This document shows, one piece after another, positions 63,375 to 64,000 of a stretch of DNA of 64,000 nucleotides. The notes below the pieces were generated by a model. That model was not told the origin of the DNA, ran no database searches, and was given only the letters and a program-made list of their open reading frames with translations. The DNA comes from Euprymna scolopes (Eukaryota): NCBI GenBank assembly GCA_053919585.1, contig CM132801.1; one strand, written 5' to 3'. The position numbers and the translations under genes are program-made. Each line of letters starts with the position of its first letter. Position 1 is the stretch's first letter.

Positions 63375-64000
63375 TTTTGGTTATTACTTTTGCTATTTAT
63401 TCTCTTTGTTAATTTTCTGTAAGTGAATATTTACATTCTTGTAATAATTAAATGGAAGAATGTTATTTAAAAAAAACAATCAGTTTGTCACAAAATTGAT
63501 TAGATATTTTACAAAGTTTCAACGTTTAAATTTCATAAATACTTGAACATTTTTTTTTTTTTTGTTACTAATCAATTCATAAATAAGCAGATAGAGGCTG
63601 ATATGCCTACCAGTTTTTTCATTTCTAGAAAATTATTTTTTTTAAGTGCTTTTATTTTTATTTTTTTAAGTGCTTTTTAAGACTAGTTACAAGAAAATGA
63701 CGTTTTGTTTTTAGAAAATATCACCAGCATTATTATAAAAGTCGAGCAAGATGAGATCAAATGTGAAGAAAAAAAATTGATCTCCCTTGAATAATATGAT
63801 GGTGGCGATATTTAGTGTACAGCTAATAGTTGAATTTATTTTCTAAAAACAAAGCGATCAGATGAATTTCCATAATTTTTGGTGACTGGTATTTATTTTC
63901 TCTCAAAAATACATCATACAGCTTTGTTGCTATATATTTTTTTTTATTTATTTGATCTTGGTAGAACCAAGGAGAAACACTGGGTTTTAAAACATAAAAT

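Overview
AT-rich, repeat-dense eukaryotic DNA, most likely from an invertebrate animal. The TE spectrum is compatible with a mollusc such as a cephalopod, but the taxon cannot be fixed from sequence alone. One host gene is clearly recognisable: a + strand MORC3/4-like GHKL ATPase gene with 8 hand-reconstructed coding exons between 28543 and 52266 (1096 nt, about 365 codons, open across all junctions). Its most 5' exons and its CW zinc-finger exons were not found in the window. Two of its introns carry U12 (minor spliceosome) signals, and there are candidate in-frame microexons. The rest is transposable-element derived: two Ty3/Gypsy relics (one with a -1 frameshift site), a young 5'-truncated CR1/L2-type LINE with a target-site duplication (TSD), three R4/Dong-type endonuclease 3' ends, RTE and Penelope fragments, Tc1/mariner deletion derivatives, Helitron-like elements, foldback MITEs, 5S- and tRNA-derived SINEs, and tandem repeats. 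The most intriguing accessory signals are (1) a decayed RAG1-like/Transib transposase facing, tail-to-tail, a short ORF that ends in a PHD-finger-like motif, reminiscent of a RAG1L-RAG2L transposon, and (2) a USP deubiquitinase Cys-box fragment behind a promoter-like sequence. All calls come from manual reading; no searches were run.
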